Shown: positions 13,257-29,100, counted from the stretch's first letter. The stretch is 64,000 nucleotides of DNA from Dimorphilus gyrociliatus (GCA_904063045.1 CAJFCJ010000018.1:806001-870000), one strand, 5' to 3'. The notes: generated by a model from the sequence alone, not told the origin. Numbers and translations are program-made.

Positions 13257-16200
13257 ATGAGCCGACCTAGTGGCAGTGCGAAATCTCTAAAATTGCCGGA
13301 GCATGTTCCATCACCAGCAAAAATAATAAAGGAAGCTAAAGAGGAATTGGCCAGATTACCTCATGACCCACTACGAACAAGGTTAGCTTATGTCATTCTC
13401 ATTTGAAATTAAAATCTGATCCAACCTCTTAGTATAATAATTAACCACAGTGAAATCGTAATTCTGCTAAAACTTAACTTAAAGCAGATACAATATATTA
13501 ATTTAACTGAACGTGTTCTTATATTTATGAATTTTAATTAATTAGAAGCACAAGGCGTCCTGAAACACCAAAAGATAACTCGAGGAAGCTATTTGATCGA
13601 TCAGGCACAGAACATCGTCCTCCGAGCACTTTTAGGTATGGAAATAATATAAACTAAAGTTTATGATATCTGTTCATTTAGCTACAATTTTAATTATGCA
13701 AAAATTTTGTCTTAGTTTGGGAAGCCGACATTTTGACGCAAATTCTAGGCCTACTTCTTCGAACACTCGTCAACTAGAACCTCTAGAGGTAAGTAAATTA
13801 TAGATATCTTTTCATATAAGTGGTATTTTTCTAAGATACTCAGATATATCAAGATTTAATGAATAATTTGATAGTTCTATAATCAAGGCTAGACTATGAT
13901 ATTCTAGTATATTCATTCTCTAAGAATTCGTTTCCATCCTTTCCTAACAAGAGACTTAATATTAAAGAGTTTTAAAACCCCAAAAGTTGAACATCATTGT
14001 TAATATTCTTGAAATTAATTTGTTCTTTTTTACAGCATAAGCCTCGTCTCTCAATTGACGGAGATAGTCTTGCAATAGCACCAAAGCCTCCAGCTGATCC
14101 TAATAGATCAAAGAGACCTGTTAGATTAAAGCAATCAGATTCCGTTGAAACCCTTACGTCTTTACCAAGACGAGAATCGTCAGGAAGCGGTAAACCTCTA
14201 TAAATTTTAATGTAGTATTGCAATTTTAAGTTATCCATTGTTTTAGTTGCAGGATTAGATACTGAACAAGATGGAAGTGGAGATAGCCACGTGCCAAGAA
14301 TGTAAGATATGTTTTTATGAATGATAAGTTATTAACTACTATTTTATCTTCAGAGGAAGCGGTAAAAAACTAGAAAAGCCTTCCAGTGCAGGTAAACGAT
14401 ATGAAGGAGAAACTACATCTAGAACTGGTAGCGGCTCGAAGCGAGCAGGATCTGCTGGCAAAGCAAGAAAAAGTGAAGAAACACAGGAGAAGTTAGAATA
14501 TACCGAAACATATATCATGCCTCTCCTAAATTCTATAAATGAAAATCAGAAAGACGTGGATAAATTAATAAAAATATGCGGAGATCTATATTGCTTTTTG
14601 GAAAAGCATAATTTGCTGGGAAAAGCGTGTAGAAGCCGTTCAACTATTTTAAAGCATATATTTGGTTTGCTCGATGTTGACTCTCCCAAGCTAGCGTTAA
14701 AAACCGCAACATTAGTATTAGCCCTAAAAGTCTCCGGTTCGAATTTACTGAATGTGTTCAAATTGATTTTCAAGATAAGCAAAAATGATAGGAACGATGA
14801 CTTATTCCTGGATAAAGGTATCTGAATTGATATTTTTATATTCTCAATTTTCTTATTAATTGTATATTACCTTTTTCTATTCCTAGATCTAATGAATCTG
14901 TATCTGCAAAGTTTAGAGAATTGTGAAAATTTGGATGCCCTCATATATGGTATAGGAAGTTTGAAATTTTTAACTATTAATTCCAATTGTGTTAAAATGC
15001 TGGCCGGTTGCCAAATGATTGAAATATTATCAAAAATTTTGGAAAAATTGATTTTACTTGGAAATCAAGATAGTAATGTAAGTGCTACTTTGGTACTGTT
15101 AACAGCCTGTATACGTAACATTGCTGACGTTAACGAAGTACGAGGGTCCTTGATTACAAACGGAACAATAAACGAGTTAATGAAGTTATATAAAATTTGG
15201 ACCGATGATAAGAATATAATAATGAATACGTCTAGGACATTCAGTAAATTAACCTTACACACTGAATTTGTTAAGGCAGTTAGTAATTGCAGTGAATATT
15301 TTCCATACGTTTTGAATTCTTTGGAATGCCATCGAGTTAAGGAAGATATTTCCGTTAGAATTTGTTTTTTCTTGGGAAATCTTGCTGCGAAAGAAGATAG
15401 GAATAGACTAGCAATATGGAATGATGGAAAATCAGCCGATATTTTGATCAGAGTAATCAAGCTATATGCAGAGCCTATAATGGATGTGGAAAAAAGGGAA
15501 GATCAAACAAAGATGATAGATACACTAGTAAAAGGTTAATATTGTTCATAAAAATAGCATTTATTACAAGAAAACTTCTTTTTGCAGCCATAAGATTAAT
15601 AGCCAATATTGCAATAAGAACGGAAGTCGGCATTGGGCTGGCTTGCAGGGAAGACTTAGTATTGCTTCTAGTTCAATTGTTGACAAAACTACAAAGTGGC
15701 AACGATACTGATGAACTTTTGGTGAACGTCTTGGCAACACTAAATAATCTCAGTTATTATGATGACTCGAAATCTTTTGTTACAAGACATATGCTATCAA
15801 TAGTATCAGTTATTCCTAAATTCGTTGACTATAAGAAAGTAGAAGCAATGACAGAGGCGAACAGAGTATTGGGAAATCTCTCTAGAGACAGAGCAATAAG
15901 AGATTGGATGGTTGAACATAGAATGGACGAAGCTCTAATTACACTGTTAGAATCTGAGCACGCTGATGTTGTCTTCTCTGCTTGCGGTGGACTAATAAAT
16001 TTAATGAAAGACGAGGAAAAGAGAGGGAGGCTTAAGGACCATCACGGAGTCGAAAAATTAATTGATGTTCTCCGAGATTACGGACGTGAAGATCCCATTT
16101 TAGCATCTCTCGTTTGTAAAATTTTCTTAAACTATACCGGAAAGATGGCACGGTCTGAAGAATATCTGGGAGAGAAAAATAGTCTCGATTTAATTGAAAT

Positions 16201-16360
16201 TATCAACGATATCATAGAAGTAGACAGCGATGAAGGAGACGAAGGTATGCAGGAATATGTTCAAAGATGTGTTGAAGAGGAACTTATTCCAGTAGCCAGA
16301 TCGCTCAAAAGTAGAATATCAAAAAATCTAAGTAATTTTGAACCTTTACCGCCACCTTAG
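13257..16360 (+). CDS. ARMC2: Armadillo repeat-containing protein 2, multi-exon
   Basis: Spliced N-terminus MSRPSGS...SPAKIIKEAKEEL...RRPETP...RKLF...RPPSTFS resembles the ARMC2 N-terminus. ARM-repeat exons at 14517-14825, 14892-15539 and 15542-16360 (RLIANIAI, LATLNNLSYY, RVLGNLSRD, SACGGLINLM) are joined by GT-AG introns. Confidence 0.9.
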
Positions 16361-16813
16361 TATTTATTTTTTTGTTATTTTTTTCCCTGTCATGTAACGC
16401 TCAATAAAATCCGTCCAAAATGGTAATTACACGTCAATTACTGCATGAGTGATGCTATTGTTAGTTTTTGAGTGAAAATATTCATGCACTTTGTCATAAT
16501 TATTTGAGCGTTATTACCTCCATCAATCCGTCGTCTTTCTTTTAGTATCAATTACATTGGATGATTATTCTGTTCTTTATTTATGTTTTATATTTAACAT
16601 GCAAAAATTAAATTAACGTTTAATATTGTTGAATATATTTAAATTAAAATGCACTTTAAAGTAGGAAATTTATTACATCATCTTAACTTATGTCTAACGC
16701 TTGCGCAACAAACTGGTTAATGGCTATTACTAATTTCATAGTGGATTTAATACTTGAGAACTTTTTGTCAAATAAATCCTTCCGGGATTTACATGTACCG
16801 TATTAGTTCAAAG

Positions 16814-16830
16814 TGCGCATGCGCGGGAAA
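16814..16830 (+). promoter_or_regulatory. Overlapping NRF1 and E2F-like motif upstream of HERC1
   Basis: TGCGCATGCGCG overlapping GCGGGAAA, about 320 bp upstream of the HERC1 ATG, in otherwise very AT-rich DNA. Confidence 0.5.
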
Positions 16831-17147
16831 TGCAAAACAAATCTGGAAACAAATTTTAGAAACTAGCTTTGTAGCTACAGATCGCACATGTTATGAAGAC
16901 AAAACTGGATGAAAAACCAAGACTACACGTTTGTAATTCAAATGCATTCGTTTTTGATGTGTGTCAGCATTGATTTTTAAAAGATTTAATTTAAATCTGT
17001 ATATGTAAACAACGATCTGATACAATAGTCTACAGCTGATGCGATTTATATTTAGCAACATAATTTCGGAATTTAAGAAAACATTTAATTAAAGACTGTA
17101 ATGAAACAAGATAATATTACTATCAATTATATCTGAATATTAGGATA

Positions 17148-20100
17148 ATGCAGTGCATGCAAAGAAAGTGGAATGATCACTACGATAATTTGTGGTTGGA
17201 GGAGGATATTTGTAAAATATCAGATAGAGAGGATGAGCTTTATGTAAAACTCTTGGCTAATAATGAATTAATCGTAAATGAAGACCAGCCGATTCCTTTG
17301 GCCATGGGTTCATCGTTACCCGAATTTGATACTGGTGAGGAGATTAATTCTATTTTGTTTCAATATATGTCAATCTTATACTTTATGTTAGTTTTATGCA
17401 TAAAATAACTCGTATTTTTATTTTTTGATAGTTATGGATCAAAAAAATATCGATGAATATATGAAACAACTGCTGGATGCTCAATTGAACTTATCTAACT
17501 ATGTTTGTTGCCAAAGTCCATTTGCTAGCGGGTTACATAAACGATTAGCCATTCTTCAAAGAGTATATACTGCAGTGTCACATAAGTGCCATGACTCAAA
17601 TAATTATGATGATGAATTTAGGAACGAATTTGAAGGGGATACTGTTGAAGAAGAAGGCACTAATGCCCTCATTGAATTGGGTGTAAAAACTGCGCTAAGC
17701 TTACTCTTTAATCTTTTGAAAGAAAATCTAGTAGCAGATGAAGTTTTAAAGACTGCTTTGGAAGTTACATTATCTCTACCGAAGCTTAGTTTAGCAAATG
17801 ATTCCCATGTTTCTCAATTAGGTCGTAGCTCACTGGAGCAAGTTTGTAGCTATTTGAAAAAGATAGTTTTGGAGGGTCCGCCAGAGAAATCTACTGTTAA
17901 AATAGCTTGTGAACTTCTCCTCTCCCTCGCTGTACAAAGAGGAAAACTACGTTACATATTAGATTGGCTATTGCTTGTTATTTTTGAAAATCCTACAAAT
18001 ATCTCCTGGAATGTTATTAAAGCATTTATGGATCAAATAAACGTTGTCGAAGAAATTGATATACCACATTTAGATGTTGATGGCTGCATTCCTGCAAATG
18101 TTGGTGGAAAAATGATTTTAGAGAGAATTTCACAAGTCGCTGAATCATATGCTGAGCAAATAATCTTATTTCCTATTAAGTAATTGATTGTATTACTTTC
18201 AATATAATTTAATAAACAGTTCGCGTTTCTTAGGTTAGATAAAGCAGGACCATCTGATGTTTGGACTTGGGGCTCAAGTATCTCGGAGACGGATAAAATC
18301 GCTCAAGCAAAGATAAATACAACATTTAAAGGAGCTCTATTCATATCATCTGGTTATTCATGCATTTATGCTATCAGACAAGATTATTCAGTAATAGGCT
18401 TAGGAAAATGGACGTTTGGCTCTCGCACTGTTCCTGCTAATATAAAATTTGAACCAGAATGTAAAATTATATCAATATCTGTGTCTTCAGGAATTGATAC
18501 TCACATATTAGCATTATCTGAGGAAGGTAGAATTTTCAGCTGGGGAGATGGAAAATATGGAAAATTAGGCCATGGAAATGAAAAGAACTTAAAACTGCCA
18601 AAGATACTAAATGGCATACTTTGCGGTGTTCTTATGCAACAGATATCTACTGGACAAGACCATTCTGTAGCTCTGACCTCAGATGGTTGTCTATATACTT
18701 GGGGATCAAATCAATATGGTCAATTAGGCATAGGTTAGTAAAAGTATTACTGATTTAATTCATGATTTTAATGGGGTGTAATTCAAATGCAGGCCACGAA
18801 ACTGTATCATGTAATTCACCTGTAATGATAAAAAATCATAGATTTAGTTATGTATCCTGTGGAAAATTTCATACGGTAGCTATTTCAAGAGATGGTAATG
18901 AATTATTATCTTGGGGGTGTGGTGATGGTGGTAGATTGGGTAATGGTGATACTGCAACTATCTTTAGTCCCTGCATTATTGATCGGAGTACGGGTTCAAT
19001 GGGGAATATTAAAAAAATTGTTTGTGGTGTTGAAACAACATTGGCTATACACTCAAATGGTTCTCTATACTCTTGGGGAAATGGACCGTGTCTTGGTCAG
19101 TCGGGACCATTACGTTCTCCTAAACTGATAGAAGAGTTGAATTCAGTAAAAATTATTGATATAGCTCATGGTTCCAATCATGTTTTGGCTTTAACCAATG
19201 AAGGCCATGTTTATGCATGGGGAGCAAATCTGCAAGGCGAATGCGGACAAGGTCATACCCATGCACCGGTTGTAAGACCGAGAAAAGTTTCGGGTTTAGA
19301 TACTGTTAATGTTACTCGAGTTTCGGCGGGGAATTCCCACTCGGTTGCCTTGTCAACACCTGTCAATTTGCAAGAGGATATCTGTTTAAAAGTATCAAAA
19401 ACAAGACCATTTTGCATCGATGTCCACCCAGAGACCTTTAATAAGCTTAAAAGCTATCTAGAAAAGGCTGAAGAAGGGTTAACCTGTGTAAAATTATTAA
19501 AAGCTCATTTTAAATTAGCCATTGCCGTAAAATGTTCTTTGGGGCCGAGCAGCGAACAATTAAGAGATTTACTATTTAATTTACTCGATAATGAGCAGAT
19601 TTCTTATGATATTCGTGCAGCCGCCAGTTTAGCATTGTCTTCTGGATCAAGCTTACTATTACCTCCCCTAGAGAGGCGTGTACCTCTTCTTGAGCGAGTT
19701 TTACCAACGAGTCTAGAAGGTTGGAAAAATCTCTCAGCTGGTCAGAAAATGCAGAATGAAATGCTTATGAACAATCTAATAAATGAGAAAAGAGCGGCTA
19801 AAGTTGTATCGTCCTGTTCATTTAGCGAAATGCTTGTAAATCTACTTGAATTACTCTGCGAACAAACAAAAGAAGTTATAAAAGGTTTGGAAACTGCAAT
19901 TCCAATATGCGCTTCCAACTTACTAACAGCATTAGTAAAGCATATTTTAGCTCTTTGTGTTCATACTGGCGCAAGGCAGGCTGTTCTAAATGCTTTTCTT
20001 AAAAAATATTTTATTAGAATATGTACTATATTGAATTTATCACCTACTTCGGATATCTTATTAGTCTCTCCAGCTGGAAGCCTTCTTGTTGTTGTGATTC

Positions 20101-23100
20101 ATTCTCTTTTATTACTACAAGCGGATGATATCCGGCCAATTTTATCTGAGCTACGTAATTTACTAATACCCCTAGATCAATATGTTCGAAAGAATGAAAC
20201 AGTTGAATGGTTATTGCAACTGGAGAGGAGCGTTGCCCTATTAGTTGGCAGGTGTCTTGGTCAGATGCTCGTTGGCTCTGTTTTAACTGAAAGCGAGAAT
20301 ATATGCTTTAATAGCCTAAATAAGACTTTTTTGTCAGGAGGTTTAAACGATGAAGTGATATCAATTTCTTTTGAACTAAATAGAAAATCGCTAGAGGAGA
20401 TGTATGAAATTATTTTAGATCTCGACATGAATGCAGGAGACGTCAAGGATGAAGAGAGATTAAAAGAATCAACAAAGCTAATATTGGCCAGCTTGTTAAA
20501 GCACATTAATCATAATAATTCCAAAAGAAATTTGGAAATCTTATATTCTGCCGTATGTCAAACAAGAAGACATTTAAAACATTCAGATGATGAAGTTTTA
20601 AGTAATGTAAAGAAAAGAGCAATATTTCTTTTAAGTAATGTTTGTTCGCCCGCTTCACATAAAAGTTACTCAAGCGAAAGTGAGAAAAATTTACCATTAT
20701 CTGGCAGTTCTTATCTTCATCAGACACTTTCAAGCATGACAACGTCTCAATATTTACAGACTGATAGTGTTAAACAACGTTTCAGTAAAATAAAGTGGTC
20801 CAGTTCAGAAATAGGTAGTCAGGCTTTAGAAATTGTTCAATGGTTATTATCAGATGTTACTATAGAAACATTAAAAGTTTGCATGACTGACCAACAAAAT
20901 AGGGCAAACGAGAGATATAATGCTTTAGTGCACGTTCAAAATCTGTTGAAGGAGCACCTAATAGAAAGCGTTCATCTTCATCTCTTAGCTGGTGTGTTTG
21001 GATTAAGTTGGCAGATAAATAAGCATCAAAATCAAGAGAATAACTCCTGGACAAAATATAAACAAGTAATTTTTTATTATTTTAAATAATAATTAAATAA
21101 TCTATAAAAATCAATCAATAACTACAGAATGTTAACAAATATTTTGACCACTATAACTTCTTTAGAGTAATTTATAGCTATAAAACGTTTTCATTATGTA
21201 AAAACTAGTTAAAAGATGATATTCTTATTTATTTTATTCACCTTCAGAGTGGTATATCCTTGGCAAACTATCAGAAAAGAGATCGCATTGAAAAAATAGC
21301 GCAAAACATCTTAAAAGAGCTCGTAAAAAGAGCATCTACCTGCGTTCCACCTAACTTTGAACATCATAAACGTCTGGTATTGGTCACAGTACTATCATTA
21401 TCCATTCATTACGACGCGGCTGATATTGGAGTGGTTATCGATGCGAAATTATTGAATATTTTAAAACCTTTTTTCTTCAAAGAAGCAACATCTCTTCTGG
21501 ATTCTGCTCTGAATATCGCATCTTCCAGATTATTTCGAATAATTAGCTTAACAGCCAGTCGTTATTCTGACGAATTAGGCAAAAGGGAAGATAGTTACGA
21601 TGTGCTAAGAAAGGTCCTGGATGGCTTGTTTGAACTAGTCACTGATCTAAGTAATCGACGGTAAGAAAATTAAATATACAATAGATTTATCATTCAGATT
21701 TTGTATTAATCTTAATACAGATTTCAAAATTTAAATCATACAAATTTGCATCAATTAGAAAATGTCAATTCAGAGGTAGAATTGGGAAATATGCTAGTCT
21801 TTATCCGACATTTGGCTACCAAAAGTATTGTTCAAGAATTTTTAGCCACGAAAAATTGGATAGAAATAATGCTTAATCTAGCTCAACTTCATTCAGCTGC
21901 AGAGAATAATGAATCATTAAGATCAATTAGTTTAAGAGTTCGATTAATGGCACTTAAACTCTTAAGAATTATACTAGGAGCTGCATCTGCCGATATTGTT
22001 AAATCAAATATAGTGGAAAGACTTTTGAGTTTAATGTACGAATGCTTCTGGTTAGAAACTCAGCCAGTTAGATGTTCCGAGGGATCGTTAGATGGTATAA
22101 CCGAAATTGATGTCAAATGGGACATGGAAAAAAGTCAGTGTTGTTCTATTAGCGATAAAGGAAAGGTACTAGCTCACGGATCTGCTGGGAGAGGTTTTGG
22201 CATTTGTAATATTGGGATGGGTAAGAATAGCAATATTTACGAATGGACTCTTGAAGTTGAAAGTGAGCAACAGGGAAATGAAGGAACATGTGTAGGGGTG
22301 TCGAAATTCCCTGTAAAAGATTTATCACATAGAACTAGTTCTGATATGTGGCTCTATCGGGCGTATTCCGGTAATGTCTATCATAATGGAGAAATAACTG
22401 GGGTTAAGCTACCAACTTTTACTCATGGAGATCGTATAACATGCATTCTTGATACCATGACAAAAACTCTTGCATTTTCCAAGAATGGCTCAGAAGCTCA
22501 AGTTGCTTTTGAAAATATAGGCGAACAACCTCTCTATCCGTGCGTTCTCTTTTATTCAATGAATGCATCAGAGGTAATCAGAATCAGTTCGATAGTTGTA
22601 AGGAAAAATCCAACTACATTACACGATGGCAGCCCTTCTTGCGCGCCAATTCATGCTTTGATTTCCGAACATTCTATCGATGTTCTCAGATATTTGCATA
22701 GGAGTCATCCTGAATGGGAAAAAGTGATAAATTCAATTATCATTGAAAGACTCAACCAGCTTGAAGATGTAAAAGATATAGATCAAAAAGATCAAACAAT
22801 TGAAGAGAGTGATGTTATGTCTATAGACGAACAACTAGAGAAAGAAGATGAACTCGAAAAGCAGAGATCCAAGACGTCAGAACTTAGAGAGAGTAAAGAT
22901 TCCATTCTAGGCAAAATATGGAGCATATTATCCCTACTATCCGGGGTGGATAATGGACTACGAATGGGCGGAGAATGCATTCACAAACCTTCTGGTCGGC
23001 GCGCAATTCTACTTGGTGTAGCAGCACCAAAGTCAACCAGTGTAAAAGTCGAATGGTTAGATTCCCGAGCTGAATCTCCGGCAGATGTTCTACTATTTCA

Positions 23101-26100
23101 CTTAGCCCCTTGCGAACCACTAAATTTTGACTTTTCGAAATTGGAACTCGGTATAATTAAGTAGAGAGTGATTCCATTAAAATATAATTTATTTTTTTTT
23201 TCAGGAGAACACGTGATAAAAAGCTTAAATGATTTGGCTTGCGAAGATATTGAGGGATTCTCCGATCCTTTTAGAGATGCCTTGAATTGTAGCATTCATT
23301 CAGGAGCTTGTAGAACATTAGCAGCTATTTTGCAACAGGATTCAGTACTAGATCTGATGCTTGATAAATGTGAAGTACTTCGCGAAGTGATGAAAAACTT
23401 TGCTGCAAACTTTTCTTCAAGAATTCTTCCAGTTCGAAGAGTATCATCAATCGAACAGTTAGAGAGGGCTCAAGTTTTATTAATTGAAAAGATGGTCAAA
23501 AGTGATAAGCCAAGTGTGGCAGTCGAAAAAACGCTAGAAACAGAGATAACTTCTACTGGAAGTACTTTAACAGAAGACACTGCCATCTCTAGTGTGTCAT
23601 ATAATCCTATAGATCGACTCAACCCTGCTTTAAATCAGCTAACAGATATGGGATTTACATCAGAGCACATAGAAAGAGCTATCAGCGCCAACGCTCTTGT
23701 TGAATATAATCCACGAACAATACATGTACTTGTGACCTGGATGCTGGAACATCCTATAGACTCCCAACAAGGAACTTCTAGTTCAAGAGCTCCAGCTGAA
23801 CCTAGGCAATATTCTCGCCTTCTTCCCATTCAAAGAGTGCGTAATTTGCAATCAGGACTCTTTGCACCTTTTTACGATGCATCCGAAGAGTTTGGTGAAG
23901 ATGATGAGGATTTAAATCCTATACAAAATGATACATCAGCCGATACTACATGTGAACTCTGTCAAATGAATTTTATGAATGTATTCAAGCATATTGAAAT
24001 GAATCATGGAGGTTGTGGAAAGTTGCATGTTCATACGGGATATTCCTTAGATACAGAAAGAACGATGACATATGGTGAAGTTTCCGTCACGGATAAACCT
24101 TGTGGAACGCTAGCCATGAACAGTATTTATATTTTATGCGAAGAATGCAAGAAAAGGTGAGAAAAAGAAAGTTTATTGTACATTTTTATTCCAGATAATA
24201 AAATTACGTTTATTTATAGATACTCAGATCGTCGAGATGTGTGTGACCTCCTTCATCCTTCTACGCAAGAATACATTCGGGTTAATTTACTGCCAAGTCC
24301 GACCTTGGATATTGACATTCCAATAAATATTGCTCCAGTAGATTCAATGATAAGGGATACTCTGGGAGAGAATGATTTGTGTCGAAAACATGTTGAGGAA
24401 AAGAAAGATGATCATAACAAATGGAAAAAATCCCTTGCTTATCAAGCTATATCTATTGTAGATGCAGAAGAAAGAAGTCTAGCTCTTCATAATTTGGTTA
24501 AAGCTTTAAGAATACAGTTAGCCAGGCGTGTAGTATTAAGTGTAGTTACGAGTTTAGCGAATGGTTCTTTAACCGGCAATAGTGGAAGTGGATGCGAAAA
24601 AGTAGCAGCTAACCTAATGGCTCTTGGCCTGGATGATGTGGAACTACTTGTTAAGGTATCTAAATCATTTTGTTTAATTGTTAAACGCCATTCTTAAGTA
24701 TACTAAAAGCAACAATTACTCTTAGATAATGATGCTATCCGATTCTGCAATCGAATATTTAACTGTAGCTATTGGGGCAGTGATGAAGAACTCGCCTAAT
24801 GCAATTTTAATTTTAACCAAATTTTGCGTCAATCAATTACTAACAATGGCATCGACACCCAATTGGTCTCCAGCTAACTTTACAGTATTAAAAAGTGTCG
24901 TTCAATTACTTGTTGATCAAAACTGCACTGAAATGGCTAATGTCTTGGCAATTTGTGTTTTATCTGATAAATTGAGTCCTTATCAACGAGAATGGGCAAT
25001 AGTACAACTAGCTCGTCTTATATTTTCGGACTGCAGCACGGACTCTTCATCAGTTGCGGCAGATATTGCTGGTATCCTACCTCAACCACAAATACAAACT
25101 TTAGATGCACATCAAGCAAGGATTTCAGGCATACACTCTCACCCGCGAAAATCTCAGCTAGCCTCCGCAGCTGCTGATGGAACTGTGAGAATTTGGACAG
25201 ATTATAGCGAACAAGTTATCCTCCATCATACATGTGTATCACCCTATAAAAATCTAAGACTGGTTTGTCAGAATTCAAATGGTAAACTTGTTGCGGCAGC
25301 GGATGAAAAACACATTCACATATGGTCAACGTCTGGTGGAAGAGGCCAAACCATATTGGGAGAATCAAGTATTACATCCTTAACGTTTCCAATCTCTAGG
25401 GGATTTATCGACGGTCAACTAGGCTTAGGTTCCTGCGATTTCTTACTTGTCGGATATGACAATGGTAATGTTATGCTTCATAGGATTTTGGACATTACCT
25501 CAGATACTCTCTGTACGAAACTTGATAAAGTTTGTCGCAAAGATCAACCAGTAACGGCTCTAGCTTGGTTTGATGAAGATAAGAAATTTGCAGTCGGATT
25601 TGCAGACGGTTGTATAATATTAGCTTCCAGGAGTACTTATGACGAAGCCTTGATTCTGCACGATAAATGCAGTAATAATCCCGCAGAAATATTATCTTGG
25701 AATCCCACAGGAACTCACTTAGCTTCGACACATTCTAAAGTCGTTCATATTTGGTCTTCATCAGGCGACGATTGGAGTGTTGTTGAACAATTAGCTCATC
25801 ATGAAATAGTAACGTGTCTAAACTGGTTTCAAGCCGAAAATGAACTTTTACTTGCTGTTGGATGCTCGGACGGATATGTTCATTTATGGAGGTAACTAAT
25901 CAATTTAATACAATAAATAATAAGATAACAGTTGCATTAAACAAATTATTCAGGTGTTCTATCCCCCCGCCTGCCGCTAAATCTGCTCCTATTATTGGTT
26001 CTAATTTCGCATCTAATCGATCTGAACTCAAAACTTCATCTTCTTATCTTTGTCGCTTGCATGGACATGTAACTTCCGTTACCAGCTTAGCCTTCAATCC

Positions 26101-29100
26101 TGACGGAACTCTTCTAGCAACTGGGTGTTCAAAAGGATGGACCAATATATGGAGCGTGGATGAAAGAGTGCCACTGTGTACTCGTCCAGGAAATAGTTCA
26201 GTTTTAGGCGTTGAATGGTTCAACACGTGCAATTTGATTATAGCCCATTCTCACGATAAGCATATCGAAATAGTGAAATTAGACAAATTAAAAGAATTAA
26301 GAATCCTTGCTTTGTCTAGAGTGTCTCTAAAATCAAGTAAAAGATTAATGTTATTACAACCATATGTTCGAAAGCTAATTTACAAATTACCAGAAATGTT
26401 ACTCTGTCAACATCAGTATGAAAAAAGTTCTGTTATAAGTGGATTGCAGCTACAATATTCCTTATTTATGCATACTCTACTAGCTATAGCTATAAATTTG
26501 AGGCTTGATAAGCTAAAACCAAAAATAGAGTTTCTGTCGTCTGTTGCTCTCACTGTTCGAAGTGCCAAAGCTTTGTCCGAAAGAAAAGAATTGCCAAAGG
26601 AGTTAGGACTCGAGGATTGTGATAATTTGGCTTGGAGTTTGAAACAAGATGAAGAAGCTATGGCTTGGCTAACCTCTCAACCTGCTGACTGGCAGGAGGG
26701 AGGAGCTTGTGATGTTTTCGTATGGGGATCTGGACGACATGGACAACTTGGTGATGTTGGTCGAACAGCAACTATGGAACCTGTAAAAGTGGAATCTTTT
26801 GGCACTTGCCAAACTGTTGTTTGTGGTCAAAACTGTACGTTTGTTATTGGACCGGGAGGGAATACTGTTCTAGCTTGCGGTGAAGGAAGTAAGTTGTTTA
26901 TTTTTAGTATATAATTTAATTGTGAAGGCCTAAATGTCTACAATTGAAAACTTTTGAAAGGTTATGGGCGACTAGGGCAAGGGAATTCTGATGATCTTCA
27001 TTCTTTAACTGCTATATCTGCTCTACACGGATTTGTGATTGTTCAGATTGCAACATCTGTTGGATCAGACGGACATTCCCTGGCTTTAGCAGAAAGTGGT
27101 GAAGTTTTTAGTTGGGGAGATGGCGATTATGGAAAATTGGGTCATGGTAATAGTGATCGTCAGAGACGTCCCCGGCAAATTGAAGCTTTAAATGGAGAAT
27201 TTATCATTCAAGTTGCTTGCGGGTTTAAACATTCAGCTGTGGTTAGCTATGATGGAAAACTATATACTTTTGGAAACTCAGACTACGGAAGATTAGGACA
27301 CGGGCCTCCGACCACTAATAAAAAAGTTCCAGAGAGAGTTTTAGCTTTACAGAATGACAAAATTGGTCAAGTCGCTTGCGGTCTAAATCATACAGTTTGT
27401 GTCAGTGATGATGGTGATACTGTATGGGTTTTTGGAGACGGTGATTACGGGAAGCTGGGCTTAAATGGCACTCTTGGCAAAACCACTCCTACGAAATTAG
27501 AGGGAATGACTAACATTAAAAAGGTCGGATGCGGAACTCAATTTACTGTATTCTTAACCAAAAATGGTGAAGTTTTCACTTGTGGTCATGAGCGCCTAGT
27601 TGGTCATCCGGAAATAAGAAATAGAAGAAATATGACTCCACAAAAGGTATCTTTAATTAAATATGAATGTGTTGTAACTAACCTAACTGTTCATTTTAGA
27701 TATCGGCCCTTGGGGAGTATGTAATCGAAGATATAGCAGTAGGATCCGAACATACCTTAGTAGTTACAAAATGTGGAAAAGTGTTAAGCTGGGGTAGTAA
27801 TAATGAAGGACAATTAGGTTTTGGTCATCAAATTCCTGTAAGAGAACCAAAACTAGTCCCTAATGTGTCTGGAATTAAACAAGTCTCTGCTGGAAGATCA
27901 CATAGCTGTGCCTGGACTGCTCCTCCAATACCGACTCGGAGAAATCCTATTTCATCTCCACTTATGTTGGGGACACCATTATCCATTCCGCCTCAATATA
28001 CCAGCTTAACAGATGTTCAAATTGATGCCATACGATCCCGTTTAAAGCTTTTACACCGTTTCTCAGACCTTGTTTACTCAAATTGGAGGTGAGATAAGTC
28101 AAACTATAAGTATAATCTCCAGGGAGCTTACGATAATCCTGATTTTATATTCAATCTTACAGATTAATCAGATTAGTGCAATCATGTGATGGAGCCATGC
28201 CGAGTATATGGGGAGCAGCTACAGAACATTTGCTAAATGGAACACTAAGACCTCTTCTAGCTCCTCGTGTCTATACTCTTCCGTTCGTTAGAGTTTTAGG
28301 AAGAACTATGGTTCAGGGCAAAAATTACGGACCACAGATAACTGTCAAACGTATTCAATCTCCTCTACCAATCTTCGTACAAGTAGCTCGACAAGTTTCT
28401 CATTTGAAGGCGGCAGATCTTCGCCTGCCATCCCGAGCTTGGAAGGTAAAATTGATAGGAGAAGGAGCAGACGATGCAGGAGGAGTTTTTGATGATACCA
28501 TAGCAGATATGTGTGACGAACTTCGTAATGGTCTGTATCCATGCTATTAAAATTCAGTACAAAAGTAATTTGATATAAATATTTAGGTATTTCTATGGTA
28601 CGAAATCAACCCCTATTAATTCAAACACCAAATGGTCGAAATGATTACGGCTACAACAGAGATAGATTTATGTTTAATCCCGCTGCAATGACAGACGATA
28701 GTGCCGTTTTATGGAGATTCTTTGGTACTCTGCTCTCAGTAGCAATTCGAACGAAAAAACCACTAGATCTAAGATTAGCTCCATGTGTTTGGAAATTATT
28801 ATCAGCACAACCGTTAACCCCATATGATATACAAGAAACAGATTTAATGTTCATGCAAACTTTAAAATCAATTAATGAAATAGAAGAGAGTTCGACTGAA
28901 GATTTTCATGATATCATACCTCTTGAGTTTTGGCAAACTTTCAGCAGCGATGGTCGATTAATTCCAGTTGTGCCGGGAGGTTCAAGATTAAAACTGACTT
29001 GGTCAGGAAGGAAAGAATATGTTGAGAAAGCTTTGGAAACAAGATTACATGAAATGGATAAAGCAGCTAAATTAATCAGAGAGGGAATGGCATCTATAGT

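Noticed and set aside
13261-13278. CTCF-like GCCGACCTAGTGGCAGTG
   Set aside because: Lies in ARMC2 codons 2-7 and has imperfect spacing.
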